Shown here piece by piece: positions 1 to 14,165 of a DNA stretch of 64,000 nt (its first letter is position 1; every line of letters begins with the position of its first letter). Location: assembly GCA_012295275.1 (NCBI GenBank), contig CM022670.1, forward strand, positions 16,492,001 to 16,556,000, read 5' to 3'. Below the pieces are notes generated by a model. It made no database searches, was not told the DNA's origin, and saw only the letters and a program-made list of their open reading frames with translations. The DNA comes from Chrysomallon squamiferum (taxonomy: Eukaryota > Animalia > Mollusca). The position numbers and the translations under genes were made by a program.

Positions 1-556
1 TTTAAACAAAATGAATTATATAATTTCAGTTATTAAAATCATGTGTGTGTGTTTGTGTGTTTTTAAAAGATAAAAATTCTTTCCATCTGACCCATTTCCC
101 AGATAAACATCATGTTTACCCCAGGGTGACAACTTTTAATAGGTCAAACGATTAATTAATTGCTGTTGGGAATAACACCTGTCATGTCACCTCATGTAAA
201 ATATCAGATGAAATAAAAATAATTTTTAAAACTATAATTCTAAGTTTTATCTGTTTTGTAACCACAAGACATACAATAAGAAAATAAGCCCTAGTGAGAG
301 TAAAACCACACTGAACGTGTTATGGAGGTCAAGGCTGGCAACAGTTATAAACAGGTGTGTTTTGGGGAAGATACTATGTAGGTCAGCTGCTAAGAAGAAA
401 AACACAAGTAACCTTACTGAACCTAACAGGCAGCAGCTGCTTTATCAATCACCAGCCTATCTACAATACTAAATGTTTATCTCTTTCTTTTTTACTCAGT
501 AAACTTTCCCTCAGCAAAATTAAGGTAGAAATGCACGCTAATTAATGTAGTTCAAA

Positions 557-614
<58 letters not shown>

Positions 615-1105
615 TAAAATTTTGGGTAAATCTAAATGACATGCATTTAATTTACAAATATATTTTTAGAAATTATATGTTTAAATGAAAAAGTTCATTT
701 ACTTATTAAGACAGATGTTTTGAATTTAATGAAAGGTCATTAAATATTGTATTAAATCAAAAACATACAAGAGAGTTGATTATCGAAAACTACATGCTAT
801 ATATATATATATATACAAATCAATATAGTTATATACAGATTTATTACTCAACAAAATACATGAAATCAATATTCAGCCAGTATTTCAGCTTCAACTGTTT
901 CTGCGTCAAGATTATATCATTTTCAAAAACAATTATGAAGACTAATAATTAACAGTTACTTGTTATCAATGTAGCCTGTGATCAGATTATTATTATTATT
1001 GTTGTTGTTGTAGCATGAATATAATACTGAAATATAGCTTAATTCTATCAAATTATACAGTTGATATTAATATCAGAATAAATGGGTATCAAAATAATAT
1101 CATAC

Positions 1106-4100
1106 CTGAATGGCAGGTATGGTGGATTTGAGCCAGCAACAAGTGGCCTATAGGCTTCCTCTGGTGTTTTACTCAAATATATAATCTGAAATTGGAAAAT
1201 TTTACCATTTAATATTTTGAATAAAATTATTGGTATAAATCAAGGGGACAGAATATATAATACATATCAATAGAATTTCTATTACATGCATGACATTTTT
1301 CCCATAAATAAATTACAACTGAATAATTACTAAGTTTATACTGATATCGAAATCTATATACTTACAGCATAAGAGGCTATCAAGAAGGCTGCATTGGCAC
1401 GTTTCCTTGCATCAAAACTGGTATAATGGACTATTTTTTTCTTTGCCAGTGAGAAAGACTGAAAACAAAAGAATAAACTTAAGTGATATGATTCATAAAT
1501 TAATTTTATTTTATATTTTTAAAAAGAATACCAAGAATACCATATCTGAAATATCAAATAGTTTACCTTCATATTTATTCAAGTGAATGATTTACAATGC
1601 TAATAAAACAAAAACCTAGGTATTTCTGAGTTAATTAAAATTAATTTGTATAACAAAAAAACAAAAACAAGATTTTTCAATGATAGCAACTTAAATAAAA
1701 TTGGTATTTGTATTTACACTTTGTCATTCATTTCTAAATAAGTATGAAATTATTTTTAACCTTTGAAGTTAAACAAACAAAAAATCTCAAATTAAAAATT
1801 AAAAAATAAAAGAATAAATACTATGAAAGTTGTAAATAACATGTATTTAATTAATGATTTAATCTACTTCAAAAGAGAAAACTGAGAGTTAAGAAGGTCA
1901 AAATATTTTGACATAAAACCTTAAATACAGCTGCACTTTGTTTCAAATTGAGGGGAAACAAACTAAATTCCAGATGTCATTCATACAATAAATAAATAAA
2001 TAAATAAAATTAATAATAATAAAAAAATAGCCTGTAATCCCAGTAAGAGAGTAAAAGGTATACATGTTGGTACAGCCCTAACAACACAAACTACTAGGTC
2101 AATCACATTATGTATTCATTCTATTGTATAGTCATGGCCAATTGCCAGAAAATATAGATTATAAAAGTCTTTATCAAACTGGTGCTACCAACACAACAAT
2201 TAAGCTGTGAGTACATGTATGCAGTACAAAAGGATAGCAATAATAATCATACTTTGTAATGGGTATACAAATATTAGTATACAATACATCTGTATACTGA
2301 AGATAAGAAAAATATTCATAGCCTTTCCTCAAAATCATTTATGAAACTGAATGTTATAAAAAAAATAAAACTGTTTTAAAAATAGACATATCTGTTACAA
2401 AAACCTGTTCAATCAGTGTAAACCTGATCTGTAAGGAATCTACTAACTCTAGGTATTTGTTTACACAAAGAGCCTGTAAAGATATCTAATTCTGAGTGAA
2501 CTTTCTCTGATTATCCTGGTTTGTTCTCAAATGTGTAAATTCTTACTTTCAGCTTCTTATTCAATTTGCAGCAATATCTGTACAACAGTGCTAAATTCAG
2601 AGGCCCGAAGTCTGCATGGAAACTGAAACACAGTAATGAAATAACAATAATAATATACAAACAATTCAAATACATTTGATATATCAGTATTAGTAAATCT
2701 GGGGTCAAATATAAATAAATTCTTACTGATCAGTAATAAAATGTTTCTGCCATCATCTCATTGATCCACTGATGACTGACATCCATAGACATGAATTTGT
2801 TAAAGTGTTCATCATATATTTAAAATTGTTTTTCTATGCTACCGTGCAAATTTCAAGACAGCATTATTAACACTAACAACAGTGTATTTTCTCAAACTTG
2901 GACCATCTTTTTTCCAAAGAGAATGTAAACTGAAATATGTTATATTAAACTTAAAAAAACAGCTGAACATTGCTGGACTATTTATACATTTATGTTCATA
3001 AATGAAAATCCAGGTAGGAAAAAGGTTCATGCTTCTTAAACTGCTGTAACTGGCTATATATCAGTCTTAATTATACTGCACCTTGTAAAGTAACACAAAT
3101 AGAAATGCATGCAGCTAAGAAAAAAAAAAAATCATTTCTATGGATAAAAACATTAAATGAAAAAGTCATCTATACTAGTTCTTTCATGACATACTGAAAA
3201 TTACCTTAAGTTTATTTTTTGTATCTGTGACAGAGAACCTGTAGTGTTGGCTCACTAATCAAATCCTTTCAAAAGAACAACTATTCAAATTCTGTTAATT
3301 AAAACCTCAGAATTTGCGATCAGTATTATTTTATGGCTCTTATGACAGTATTCTTTTCACTGACTGTAACACTTATTTCTTATCATACAATAAATAACTA
3401 GGGTTAAGACAGTGCTCATAAAGTATAATTTCACACTGATAAATTAAGCAGAACAGTTGACAGTCGAAATCTATTTTGTCAGATTACTACCACTAGTAAT
3501 ACTATTAATAGCTTTAGAAACCACTAAGAATTGTGCAAGATATAAAACCACAGAATACTACATAATTTAGCCTCCTGCTGTTTTAACCTGCTACTGTAAA
3601 AACTGGAAACATGCCAGACAAATTATGTGGTTTATTAATTGTATACACAGGACATGTTTTTTGCTCCCAAAAATCAAATATTTAATTAATTTCATAATCA
3701 GTTTTTGGATATAGTCATATATGATCCTGAACCAAATTGTATTTAAGAAAAATGTTTTAAAGACCTGCCTGATTTTGTCCAAGCCATACAAGAAAAGTTT
3801 AACATTTGTTTCCCATGCTAAAAATTAGCCTAAATACATTTATGTTTATTTATGGACATAAATCATTTTCTTTTAAGGAATAATGTTTATTTTTAACAAA
3901 TTAGTGAATATGTCAATGTAAAAATAAATAAATTTCAATATAACACACCAATTTACAATTTGCCTAAAACAAACATTAAAATAATAAGTGGCTTTACGAT
4001 ATACAGTTATAACAAGGTTTTATCTGACAATGAAATATTGTTTTCAAATTCATCCTCACATCATTTAAACAATCAATTTCCAGTTACAAACAATTACCAA

Positions 4101-5588
4101 TGCTATATATATATAAAATCCAGATCATAAATTTTTACTTACTTTTCATAGACCAGCTCATCATCAATACAGAAGTAATGAGTATGTGCAGTTGATTTTG
4201 GCTTTGCTCTTAAAGTTGCGAAATACAGACGATCTGTAAAATAAAAAAAATACATTATATTGTTTCTGAACCCTGACTCACAATTATACACACTTTCTCT
4301 AATAACATTTCCTAAAAAATACCTGAAAAGACACATTATCATGATTATGTGACTTGTTATAAGTATATAATAATTAATTATTATTACACTATTTTAACAG
4401 TAAGTGGCCACAAATGTTTAACAATTATTTCTTTTTTTTTTTAATTATTTCTTAATAACTAATAATAACAGTGAATAATAAGGTTTTAGAATTTATTTTT
4501 TATGTAAGACAATTTATTAAGATTCCACTTATTACTTGTGTTTAATCTTATTAAAAGTAAGGAGAAAGTACAGTCTATACCAGGGCTGTGAAAATTCTCT
4601 CTTTTTTGCCAGTGTGGGCAATTTTGGACAAACATGTTTTGAAAAACATGTTTATTGGTTATATTTTTAAAAAGATTGCATTCAAATCATGTGTCTGTTT
4701 TTGTAGCCTAAATAATTTTTATTTGTTACCAGTCTTACAGCTTGTAAAACACTTCATTTGTCAACATACAACTGTCATTTTGTTCAACAATAAACAGAAA
4801 TGAATGGTGTATCACTTATTAGTTAAGCTTTTGAATTCAGACCAACTATCTTACTATTTTCTCAGTACATGTATGTAGAGAAGTCAACATGGTCAGATAT
4901 TTGGTGACTGTGCTTATGTAAAAACAATCATGGCCATGGAAATAAACCTATAAACTGTTGCCATCATTACTGAACCCAAAATTAAACAGTCCTATGTTGG
5001 AATTAGGATTTAGTTTAATTAAAACAAACACTACTAGCCAGTATTAATGGTCACAGTAATTAAGGGTGTGAAAATGTTATTTAATAATGCTTAATTAATC
5101 ATCCAATCTGCAATGACATTATTACTAGTTTTATCAGCTCTTACAGTTTCTGTCAAATAGCACTTACAAAAACTAAGAGACTTTTGAAATTTGAATATAA
5201 AATACAGTGATTTAGTTCTAATTGATTAAGCTGTTCTGAATAAAATAAAAGAAAAACAGAACATACTTTTAAAAAGAAAATGTTAACTGTCAAGGGATTA
5301 GATCCTACCAGATGTTGTATTTGAAAGAAATAGATAAAATTAAAAAAATTAAAATATAAATCAACAAAAACAACAACAACAACAACAAAATAATATAAAA
5401 GATATACTGTTTTAAAATAATTAACATAATTATTGATGTTCTTTTTCAGTAGTGGAATAAATAATAGTTGAAAGAAGAAAATACATGGTTTATGTTTGTT
5501 TTGGCCTAAACTGAGTTGTGTGCTCAATAAGTTGGGAACATTCCTGATTCCATGAATATTCACTTCTTTTATTATTTATTTATTTTCA

Positions 5589-5655
<67 letters not shown>

Positions 5656-6461
5656 CATTTTTTTCAAATAATTACCTTCTATCTTACATTTAGAAGAAAA
5701 ATGAAAAAAAAAAAAAAAGCTTGGCCAAAACAGGATAAAAATAAATAACAATTTGCTATCATTATTAACGATAGGTAATCCTGCAATTTAAGACCATAAT
5801 TTAGTTGTCAGAGTTTTTGCTAAATATTTTACTGCTAGTTACCAACAGTAACAGAGACAGCTATGCTATTGTTATAACCGGTGTTCATGCAAAAAAAGGT
5901 TCCATGTTACCCAAACAAGTCTAATAAGCGACGCCGATCTATTTTTGGAAAAAAATATGTGGCTTTTGATTTATGATTTAATTTTGCTTTTCACACAAAA
6001 TTATTTAGAAAATAAAAAGTTGTGCATTTTACAAAAATAGACTGATGACTTGTTTAAGTTGAAAGGACAATTTAGTTTGCATATACACCGCTAATCGCAA
6101 TAGCATAGCTGCCTCTGTTATCGTTAGAAAAACTTGATCGCTTTGACAAGTTTGACAAGCAAAAGGAAGTTTACAGATATCATTTTGTATTTCTGTACAT
6201 GCAGTAAAACAAAAAACTGTAACAAAATATTTAGCAGATGCTATGTTAACAAGGGGATTACCCATTATTACTTTATTAGCATTTTAAAAACTCAGTAGTA
6301 ATGACTGAATGAGTCGAATAACTGAATGAGTTTCAACACGTTCACTTGGCAACGCTTCAAAATTTTGCAAATGAAATCGACACATAATCAATGAATATTA
6401 ATCGAAACTCACCTGAAATAAATTCAGACGCACTCCCAATAATGTCGCTTTCTTCCACCAT
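1106..6461 (-). CDS. CDC14: CDC14 dual-specificity protein phosphatase, 5' coding exons 1-5 (gene continues beyond the left edge)
   Basis: GT-AG exons 6413-6461, 4143-4233, 2547-2622, 1366-1458 and 1106-1185 (49/91/76/93/80 nt) splice in frame to [130 protein letters not shown]. This is the recognisable CDC14A/B N-terminal DSPn domain. Confidence 0.96.
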
Positions 6462-6734
6462 GACTTAATAATAAACTATCCGATGTTATCTAACACAGTT
6501 CAAACCGATTGCCGATCTTGCAATTGCTATGGCTATGTCGGTCGGTTTGTTTACTAGCAAGCTTTGGGTGACTGGACAATTCCAGTTTACGAAGATGTTA
6601 ATCCTGAATCTGTGGCCGTACGAATGATCACAAATACGTAACCAGTGATAAAGCAATTCAGTTATAATAATAATCCTCTTTGCAAGTAAACATCATGAGA
6701 AAAATATAACAACCACTACATTACCAACTCGTCT

Positions 6735-6860
6735 TGACGGCCATTTTAAACAGATAGACGAGATAAACGCTTGCACGTGACCGATATTCAACCAATCCCA
6801 CGCGCTTACAAGAGCGGTCGTCGGGACAACTTCCGGATTGACCAATCAACTATTTGTCGG
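6735..6860 (-). promoter_or_regulatory. Probable CDC14 core promoter
   Basis: CpG-richer patch upstream of exon 1 with E-box CACGTG (6774-6779), two CCAAT boxes (6792, 6842), ETS-like ACTTCCGG (~6829) and YY1-like AAAATGGCCG on the minus strand (~6738-6747). Motif-based inference only. Confidence 0.55.
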
Positions 6861-7022
6861 GACAAATTGAATAGAAACAACCAAAAGAGCTATCAAAATA
6901 AGGATTCGATTTTAATGGCCACAGGTAGCCCTGACAACTGAAAATACACCGACCTCCATTCCATTCAGCCCTATCCGCCCAACGATAGAAGGGGAAAATA
7001 ATATATAAAATAAATAAATAAA

Positions 7023-7029
7023 TATATAA

Positions 7030-7102
<73 letters not shown>

Positions 7103-7208
7103 CTATTATTAATTAATTAATTAGTATTAATATTTATTTATTGTTTATTTATTATTCGTTTACTTTTCTTTTTTCTTTTTGTTTTTCTACTCTATAATTG
7201 AAAAAATA

Positions 7209-7260
<52 letters not shown>

Positions 7261-7420
7261 GTATATATGCTTGTGTGTATGTATGTATATATGCTTGTGT
7301 GTATGTATGTATATATGTATGTATGCATGCATCTATGTCTGTTTATAACTGTGTGTATGTATACATGTATGTATGTATGAATGTATTTGTGTGAGTGTGT
7401 GTGTATATGTGTCTGTGTGT
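7023..7420. repeat. Compound microsatellites (AAT)n/(ATT)n, (TA)n, (TATG/TG)n
   Basis: Directly visible; source of spurious ORFs 7179-7394 and 7198-7380. Confidence 0.9.
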
Positions 7421-8169
7421 TTTTAATTTAATTTGTTTATAACCAGTAAATTGCTTTCATTAATTTATTGATATATGCCCTTGACTGTTTTTGCCCGCAT
7501 TGACTGATTGAAACTAAAACGAAAACCTTCAAGTTCTGAAAGACACATGAATGACAACACTAACTAAATTTAAATTTTCTTTATTAGATAAAACAATTAA
7601 CAGATTAGAATAGGGCTAAACCTAATTACATTGGCGCTCTTTGACTGTTTGCAAAAATAACATATTTATCTATTCATATACGTTTGTTAATGATACATGC
7701 TACTCTATAACAATAAATGTAATTAACTATTCGACTTAGTTATTTATTTAACAAAATTTATTAGGGTTCGTTGACCAATTAATTAGCTGCTTTTGTTCCT
7801 CTTTTTCTTTTCTTTTTTTTTTCTTTCTTTATATTCTTGTTTTCTTTTTCATTTTCTTTTCTTGTCTTTCCTTCTTTTCTTTTTCTTTCTTTCTTTCTTT
7901 CTTTCTTTCTTTTTTTCTGTTGATTTGTGTGTGTGTGCGTGTGTGTAATAACCTGACATCGTTGAATGGACACAACTGAAAATAGTGCTGTTTTCCCCCC
8001 AATATTACATGTTTTAAATTAAAATAAATTCAAACTGGAATATTTAACCTCTGTCATTTATTGATTTATCATTAAAGGATTAAAATAATTCACTTTCAGA
8101 CCAGTGCACTTAATCAATAAATAGTGCACTTTGAAGATCGTCACCAAAACTACTCATTTTTGAAGGTTA

Positions 8170-8430
8170 ATCTGCATCATGTGACTTCGCATGCAGTGAT
8201 AACTGAAATGAACGCGTATAAAAAGCACTGTAACTTTTACTTTTTTTTATTCGACAACACGTTATTAGTGCTTGAACTGACGTCACACGAACACGAAAGA
8301 GCAGCCGACAAGCACAACGCTGAATTACCACATCGTGCGTGATTCAGCACAACCTCTTAAATACCATTATTCATTAACATTAATAATTTTTACTCGTTTA
8401 CAACAGACAGTAATCGACAACCTTGTAAAT
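8170..8430 (+). promoter_or_regulatory. Possible promoter/first non-coding exon of the glycosyltransferase gene
   Basis: CpG-richer patch with a perfect CRE TGACGTCA at 8278-8285. A strong splice acceptor (tttcttttttcag, 10473-10485) precedes the GT ORF, implying an upstream UTR exon. Confidence 0.35.
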
Positions 8431-8879
8431 ATATATATATATATATAAAAAAAAGTATTAAATATAAACATTTTTTATTTCTTCAATTTTTTCATATTAT
8501 TTATAATGTTTTAAATTATTTATTTATTTATTTGATTATTTAATATTGTAATTTCAGTTTCAAATATTTAAAAAACAGAGAATAAATTAAATTTACTGAT
8601 TAACCTTCTGTTGTTGTTGTTGTTGTTGTTGTTGTTTTATTATTTTATTAATCTCTGTAATGTAAAACAAAGAATTAAAAATATTTTATTTGTTAATATT
8701 TGTATTAATTTAATTTTTCCTTCGAAGTTTGACTTCAGTTTAGAACAATTAATATGAACAGATCAAAATTTTAGAATATTATCTAGATTTTACATGTGTA
8801 TGAAAATATTATTTTTATTTTTGTATACATACTCTTTAACTGTTATACTTATTTAATTTAATAGGATACGGCGGCCAAT

Positions 8880-8917
<38 letters not shown>

Positions 8918-10110
8918 ATAATAATAATAAAAAAAAAAAAAAAAAAAAAAATAAATTAAAAAAAACCCAATAATAATAACTTGGAAATTTGCAAAATTAA
9001 TTTAAAAGAATTCTTAGTATTGCTGAGTGTCGTCTTTAATATATGACTAAAAGAGTTATTTGACTTATCGTGTCATCCAGTATATTCCTTTTTGGTTATT
9101 ATTACAATATCGTATTTTATACACGTTAATTCCGAATAAACTCCACTTAACATAAAAACCAAAAGCCTTGCAATAAAACGTATGGTGCTTTTAATACAGA
9201 GGTGGAATGTATGCAATAACACTTGTTAATGCATGTCTAAAGATTGAAAACTTCCTCCAAATACAGATTCTTATTGCACCAGTGGGCCAAATATTGTGCA
9301 TCAGATAAAGTAGGTATTAATTAACGTGACAATGATGACATTACCCTTTGATATGACGGTATGTGTGGCCGCGAAAATAAAAAAAAACAGCAAGCAGCAG
9401 TAACCTTCCATCCATGTTCAATGAATGTTTAATTAATAAATTATTATAATAATAATAATAATAATTTTATTTTTTAAGAAAGGCATTCTCCGCCAGATAT
9501 ATAGCCTACGTATGTAGAACACATTAGGTACTTCTATACCGATTCTCTGTCTTATTATTATTTTTTAAAATAAATAAATAAATGTTGTTACGTATTTCAC
9601 TCTTTGTGACACAAAGTAGAATTGTTTTAAGGTTTGTGACACTAGTAAAGAAGAATCCATCGTTTGTTTTGACATACATAAGTAAGATAAGTCGGGAGTG
9701 TGACAGTATGTGTTTCATTTATTTAATAAATTATAAATTATTTCTAAAGATGTATGCCTATGTTATACCGAATATTTTGCTTTGATATGTTGCTCTGCTG
9801 GTAATGGTAATATAATAAGGTTAGCATTCCCCCCTCACGTATTTATAGGCTTCTTCAGAACTGGTAAAAATGAAAATTCCCCCTTATTTTTTGAAGTATG
9901 CCTTTTCAGCAGATAGACAAAGTATTTGCCTATGATTTTATCCCCCTGCTAGTTCCAGTATAAAAAGACATCTCTAAATTAGTATATATAAAACTGTCAT
10001 TTTAACAGTCTGAATTCATTTCCCAATGTTCAAAATTATTTCTTGTTTTTTATAACCTGCATTACACTACTGAGATATTGACAGTGATCATAAAGGTAAA
10101 CTGAACTTAG

Positions 10111-10146
<36 letters not shown>

Positions 10147-10396
10147 CCAGAGCTTGGCTGAACTGTTAAAACAGGTTCCACTTTGTCTTCATTTAAAAAT
10201 GAGGATTGAATTTTATTTTCACTGGTGTATTGCTGTTGAGAAGGAAACATTTTTAGGATGTTATAGTAATCACAGTAACACAAAGATAATTTCATGCCAT
10301 TTCTTTAAAACTGTTATTAAATTATCATTGAAATGAAAGAACAATAACTTGAGTCTTAATACTTATTACTGATAATCTGCAGGTGTAAAAATATAA

Positions 10397-10432
<36 letters not shown>

Positions 10433-10661
10433 TTAAATTAGTAAATAATAATATATCATGTGCATTTATCTGTTTCTTTTTTCAGATATTCAAAGTGTGT
10501 TTTATAAGAATTATTGGATGAAAATGACATCGTTCAAGTTAATTTTTAAACATAATGGACTTCCAGCAGGAAATGTAGTCTGTTTTTGTTAAACATTTTG
10601 AAATTATTTTGAAAATCACCACATAAGAACAACATTTTCAAAAAGAAGAAGGAAAAACAAA

Positions 10662-12392
10662 ATGGCTGGTGTAGTTCTGTTGAAACGTACGTTAGTATCA
10701 CTGTGTAGACAGATATTTTTTCGTCAAGTCCCACGCCTATGGTCTTCTTGGAACCACATAATCATTTCGTGTTCTTGTATTTTGTTAATAAGTAATATTG
10801 TAGTTTTTTCCAAAGGCTGCCACTCAGTTTTTTGGTTTGGAGAACCAATAGGACCAGGCAGGGAAAAGCATGGTCATGTAATAACTTTTCCCAAACACCA
10901 TTTTATGAATGATCAGTTTAGTGAAAAATTTCATCCAGTAATAGAAAATCTTATGTCAAATGTTGTACCTCTAACTGTTCATTTTGTTTGGTGTGATCAG
11001 AAGTTTTTTCAGTTTCAGAATTACTTAAGTGTTCTCAGTGCTTACAAATTTTTGCTTCCTGTAGAAATCATATTTCATTACAAGTCTGAACCAGAAATAG
11101 ATAATGTTGCATACTATCAGTTTTATCAAGATTTGTTGCGAGATCTTCCTGTCTTCTTTTCAAAGAAACTTGAAGATACAAAAATATGCAGCAGTGATTC
11201 CTCTATTAAGCTTCCTCATGTTGCAAATTTACTTAACAAATATGGAGGTATATACATGGATGTCGATGTTCTTCTTTCACAAAGTCTTAATCACCTTCGA
11301 AAAACCCCATTCAGCTACTTTGCAGAAGATGAAAATGTATTGCTTATGCTGATGGCAAGACATCATGTATCATCCGACAAATCCACTGAAGATGTCATTT
11401 CCAATTCAAATGCTCTTTCATGTGCAACACCAGGCACTTATTACTTGTCAAATGCATCTGTTTTCTGTGTTCATGTTAAAGATGAAATGTTTCCTGTTGA
11501 TATATTTGAACTTAAGACTGATTTTGGACAGCTTGCACGTTGGATTGGATATGGTACAAAATCTCTTCTTATTCCTCAACCTCACAACTCTTCAGTGATT
11601 CCCAAAATTGCACATTATGTGTGGCTGGGCAGTCATACATTCAGTTTCTTCTCATACTTGAGTTTGCTCAGCAGTCTTTATATATTAAATGCAGACTCTG
11701 TTTACATCCATGGTGACGAATATCCAAAAGGTGAATACTGGGATAGAGTGAAAGCTAACAGAAGAGTGAAATTTATTTTTAGAGAGAGACCAACCACTGT
11801 GTTTGGACAGGTCATAGGAGCACAATTATCTCATGCTAGTGACTTCATTCGAGTGGATGTTCTGCTTAGGTATGGTGGAATCTATCTCGACTGGGATGCT
11901 TTATGGGTTAACACTTTTCCAGAACATCTGAGAAAATATGATTTTGTTGCATGTGCTGACTGGCCAAGAACTGGAAATTACCCAAATGTAATTAACATGG
12001 GAGTGATTGCAGCAAGTAAGGAATCAGTATTTCTTCAGTTCTTCTTAGAATCATTCCGTCATTATGTGGATAATCATTGGTCATATAATGCTGTACATAT
12101 GCCTTATAAAGTATACGAGAAACACCCTGATCAGCTTTTCCATTATCGCCATTTACAAGTGATCTGTTACCATTTCAAATGTCACCCAGTGTGGGTAAAT
12201 GGCTACAAAGATGAGAATGTTAATCATGTCACCACTGCTAAATTCGACTGGCGCAAAGACACGCTGGTAATACACTGGACACATCCAGATCCACCAGAAT
12301 TCAATAATGAGGAATCACTAAATGCTGGCCATGGTATGTTTTCCCAAATAGGAAAGTTCATTCTGGAGCAAGCTGCTCTCAAGTCTTATTAG
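10662..12392 (+). CDS. Type II membrane glycosyltransferase with two tandem DxD sugar-binding (GT32 / alpha-1,4-glycosyltransferase-like) modules
   Basis: Uninterrupted 576-aa ORF. N-terminal hydrophobic segment (IIISCSCILLISNIVVF). Module 1: VPLTVHFVW...LLNKYGGIYMDVDVLL. Module 2: IPKIAHYVWLG...SDFIRVDVLLRYGGIYLDWDAL...INMGVIAA. PolyA signal AATAAA at ~12936. Confidence 0.85.
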   Translation: MAGVVLLKRTLVSLCRQIFFRQVPRLWSSWNHIIISCSCILLISNIVVFSKGCHSVFWFGEPIGPGREKHGHVITFPKHHFMNDQFSEKFHPVIENLMSNVVPLTVHFVWCDQKFFQFQNYLSVLSAYKFLLPVEIIFHYKSEPEIDNVAYYQFYQDLLRDLPVFFSKKLEDTKICSSDSSIKLPHVANLLNKYGGIYMDVDVLLSQSLNHLRKTPFSYFAEDENVLLMLMARHHVSSDKSTEDVISNSNALSCATPGTYYLSNASVFCVHVKDEMFPVDIFELKTDFGQLARWIGYGTKSLLIPQPHNSSVIPKIAHYVWLGSHTFSFFSYLSLLSSLYILNADSVYIHGDEYPKGEYWDRVKANRRVKFIFRERPTTVFGQVIGAQLSHASDFIRVDVLLRYGGIYLDWDALWVNTFPEHLRKYDFVACADWPRTGNYPNVINMGVIAASKESVFLQFFLESFRHYVDNHWSYNAVHMPYKVYEKHPDQLFHYRHLQVICYHFKCHPVWVNGYKDENVNHVTTAKFDWRKDTLVIHWTHPDPPEFNNEESLNAGHGMFSQIGKFILEQAALKSY

Positions 12393-12852
12393 AATTTAGT
12401 ATTAGCATAATAATAACTGTTTAATATATTTTACATATTGTGTGTGCAGTTTTTGTTATTGAAATAATGTACATTTATTGTTATGTGAACATTACCACTG
12501 GTTTCCTTGTTTACTATTTTTTTACTTTTTAAAATTTCTGTCTTGTTGAAAAAATTATTTTAAAAGAAAAACACAGTTTTGCACTTTGTATGTGGGATAT
12601 TCTTAATGTTTATCAAGTGAAAGATACAACCAACAATCATCCAGCTATAGAAACTTTTATTGCTAATAATACCTATAATATATACCTATAGTATATGCAA
12701 TATAGGCCAATTGCTAATTTAATATGTAATAATGAAATTATAGAAATGTAAATATTTATACATTACGCATTTATTTTTTGTATTATTTTTTATATATGTA
12801 ATTTATTTGACCTGGATATCTTAATAGTTTTACATAAATGTGCACTTTTTAA

Positions 12853-12903
<51 letters not shown>

Positions 12904-13792
12904 TTTTACCCAATATTTGTTAAGTTTCTATTTTATAATAAAGATTTGTGTGAAATCTTCATATTTGAGTTGTTTTTAAAGGTAAAGGAACATATATTTT
13001 GATAATATTGTGATGTTTAAAGAAGATAAAAATGAAAGAAACTGGATATACAGCATATTTTCTCACTAAACATATCCACTTTAAAAGAAAGAAACAAATT
13101 ATTCCATTATCTTAGAGTCCAACACAAAAAATATTGTTCATACTGATTTTGCAATGTTGCTGCATTTGCATTTTCTGGTTACATGATCAAAGGGAAATAA
13201 CTCTTTGACCTTAAGCGTAATTCAATAATAAATACAGTCGTTTATGACAATGCAGTGTTTGAATTATTTTTAAAGAATCATGAAAAAGAAAAACGAAGAG
13301 TGTCAGATGCTGTCAAAATGGCTAGAGTTCTGGACAAATGGGCTTTATATGGTTTTCTGTGAGTTAACTGATTTATTCATTAATCCACAAAGGTATGGCC
13401 TAACCACAATTTGACAAAATATTTGTGCTCCCCGTGGATGCATCAACTGATAGGTTGGGAGCAGTTTAGTAACAGGAACATGAAGAAGGTCAATTTCACG
13501 TTTCAAAAACCTTAATCGTGTGAACTAAATTATAATCTACATTCAGGTAAATTAGAATTCCTGGCTTTAAAATAGCCAGGAACTGAGATTTCGTGATTAT
13601 CTAAACTCTTCTCCAAATTTCACCATGTTTAATGAAAACAATCCATGGGTTTATGCAGAAAAAGTATTAGATTTTAGTACTATAAAAATCTGGACATTTG
13701 AAAAATAAGCCTGTGAATAGAAAGATTACTACTGAATAACGGCAATATTATTTTAGAATGTTATAAGACATTGACAAGGAAATATCGTTCGT

Positions 13793-13833
<41 letters not shown>

Positions 13834-13925
13834 ATAATAAAATAAAATAAAAACAAGCAAAATACATAATTAAAAAAAGGTTTATTATTTAAATGTGGAT
13901 ACTTGCATGTACAGATATATGTTTG

Positions 13926-14165
<240 letters not shown>

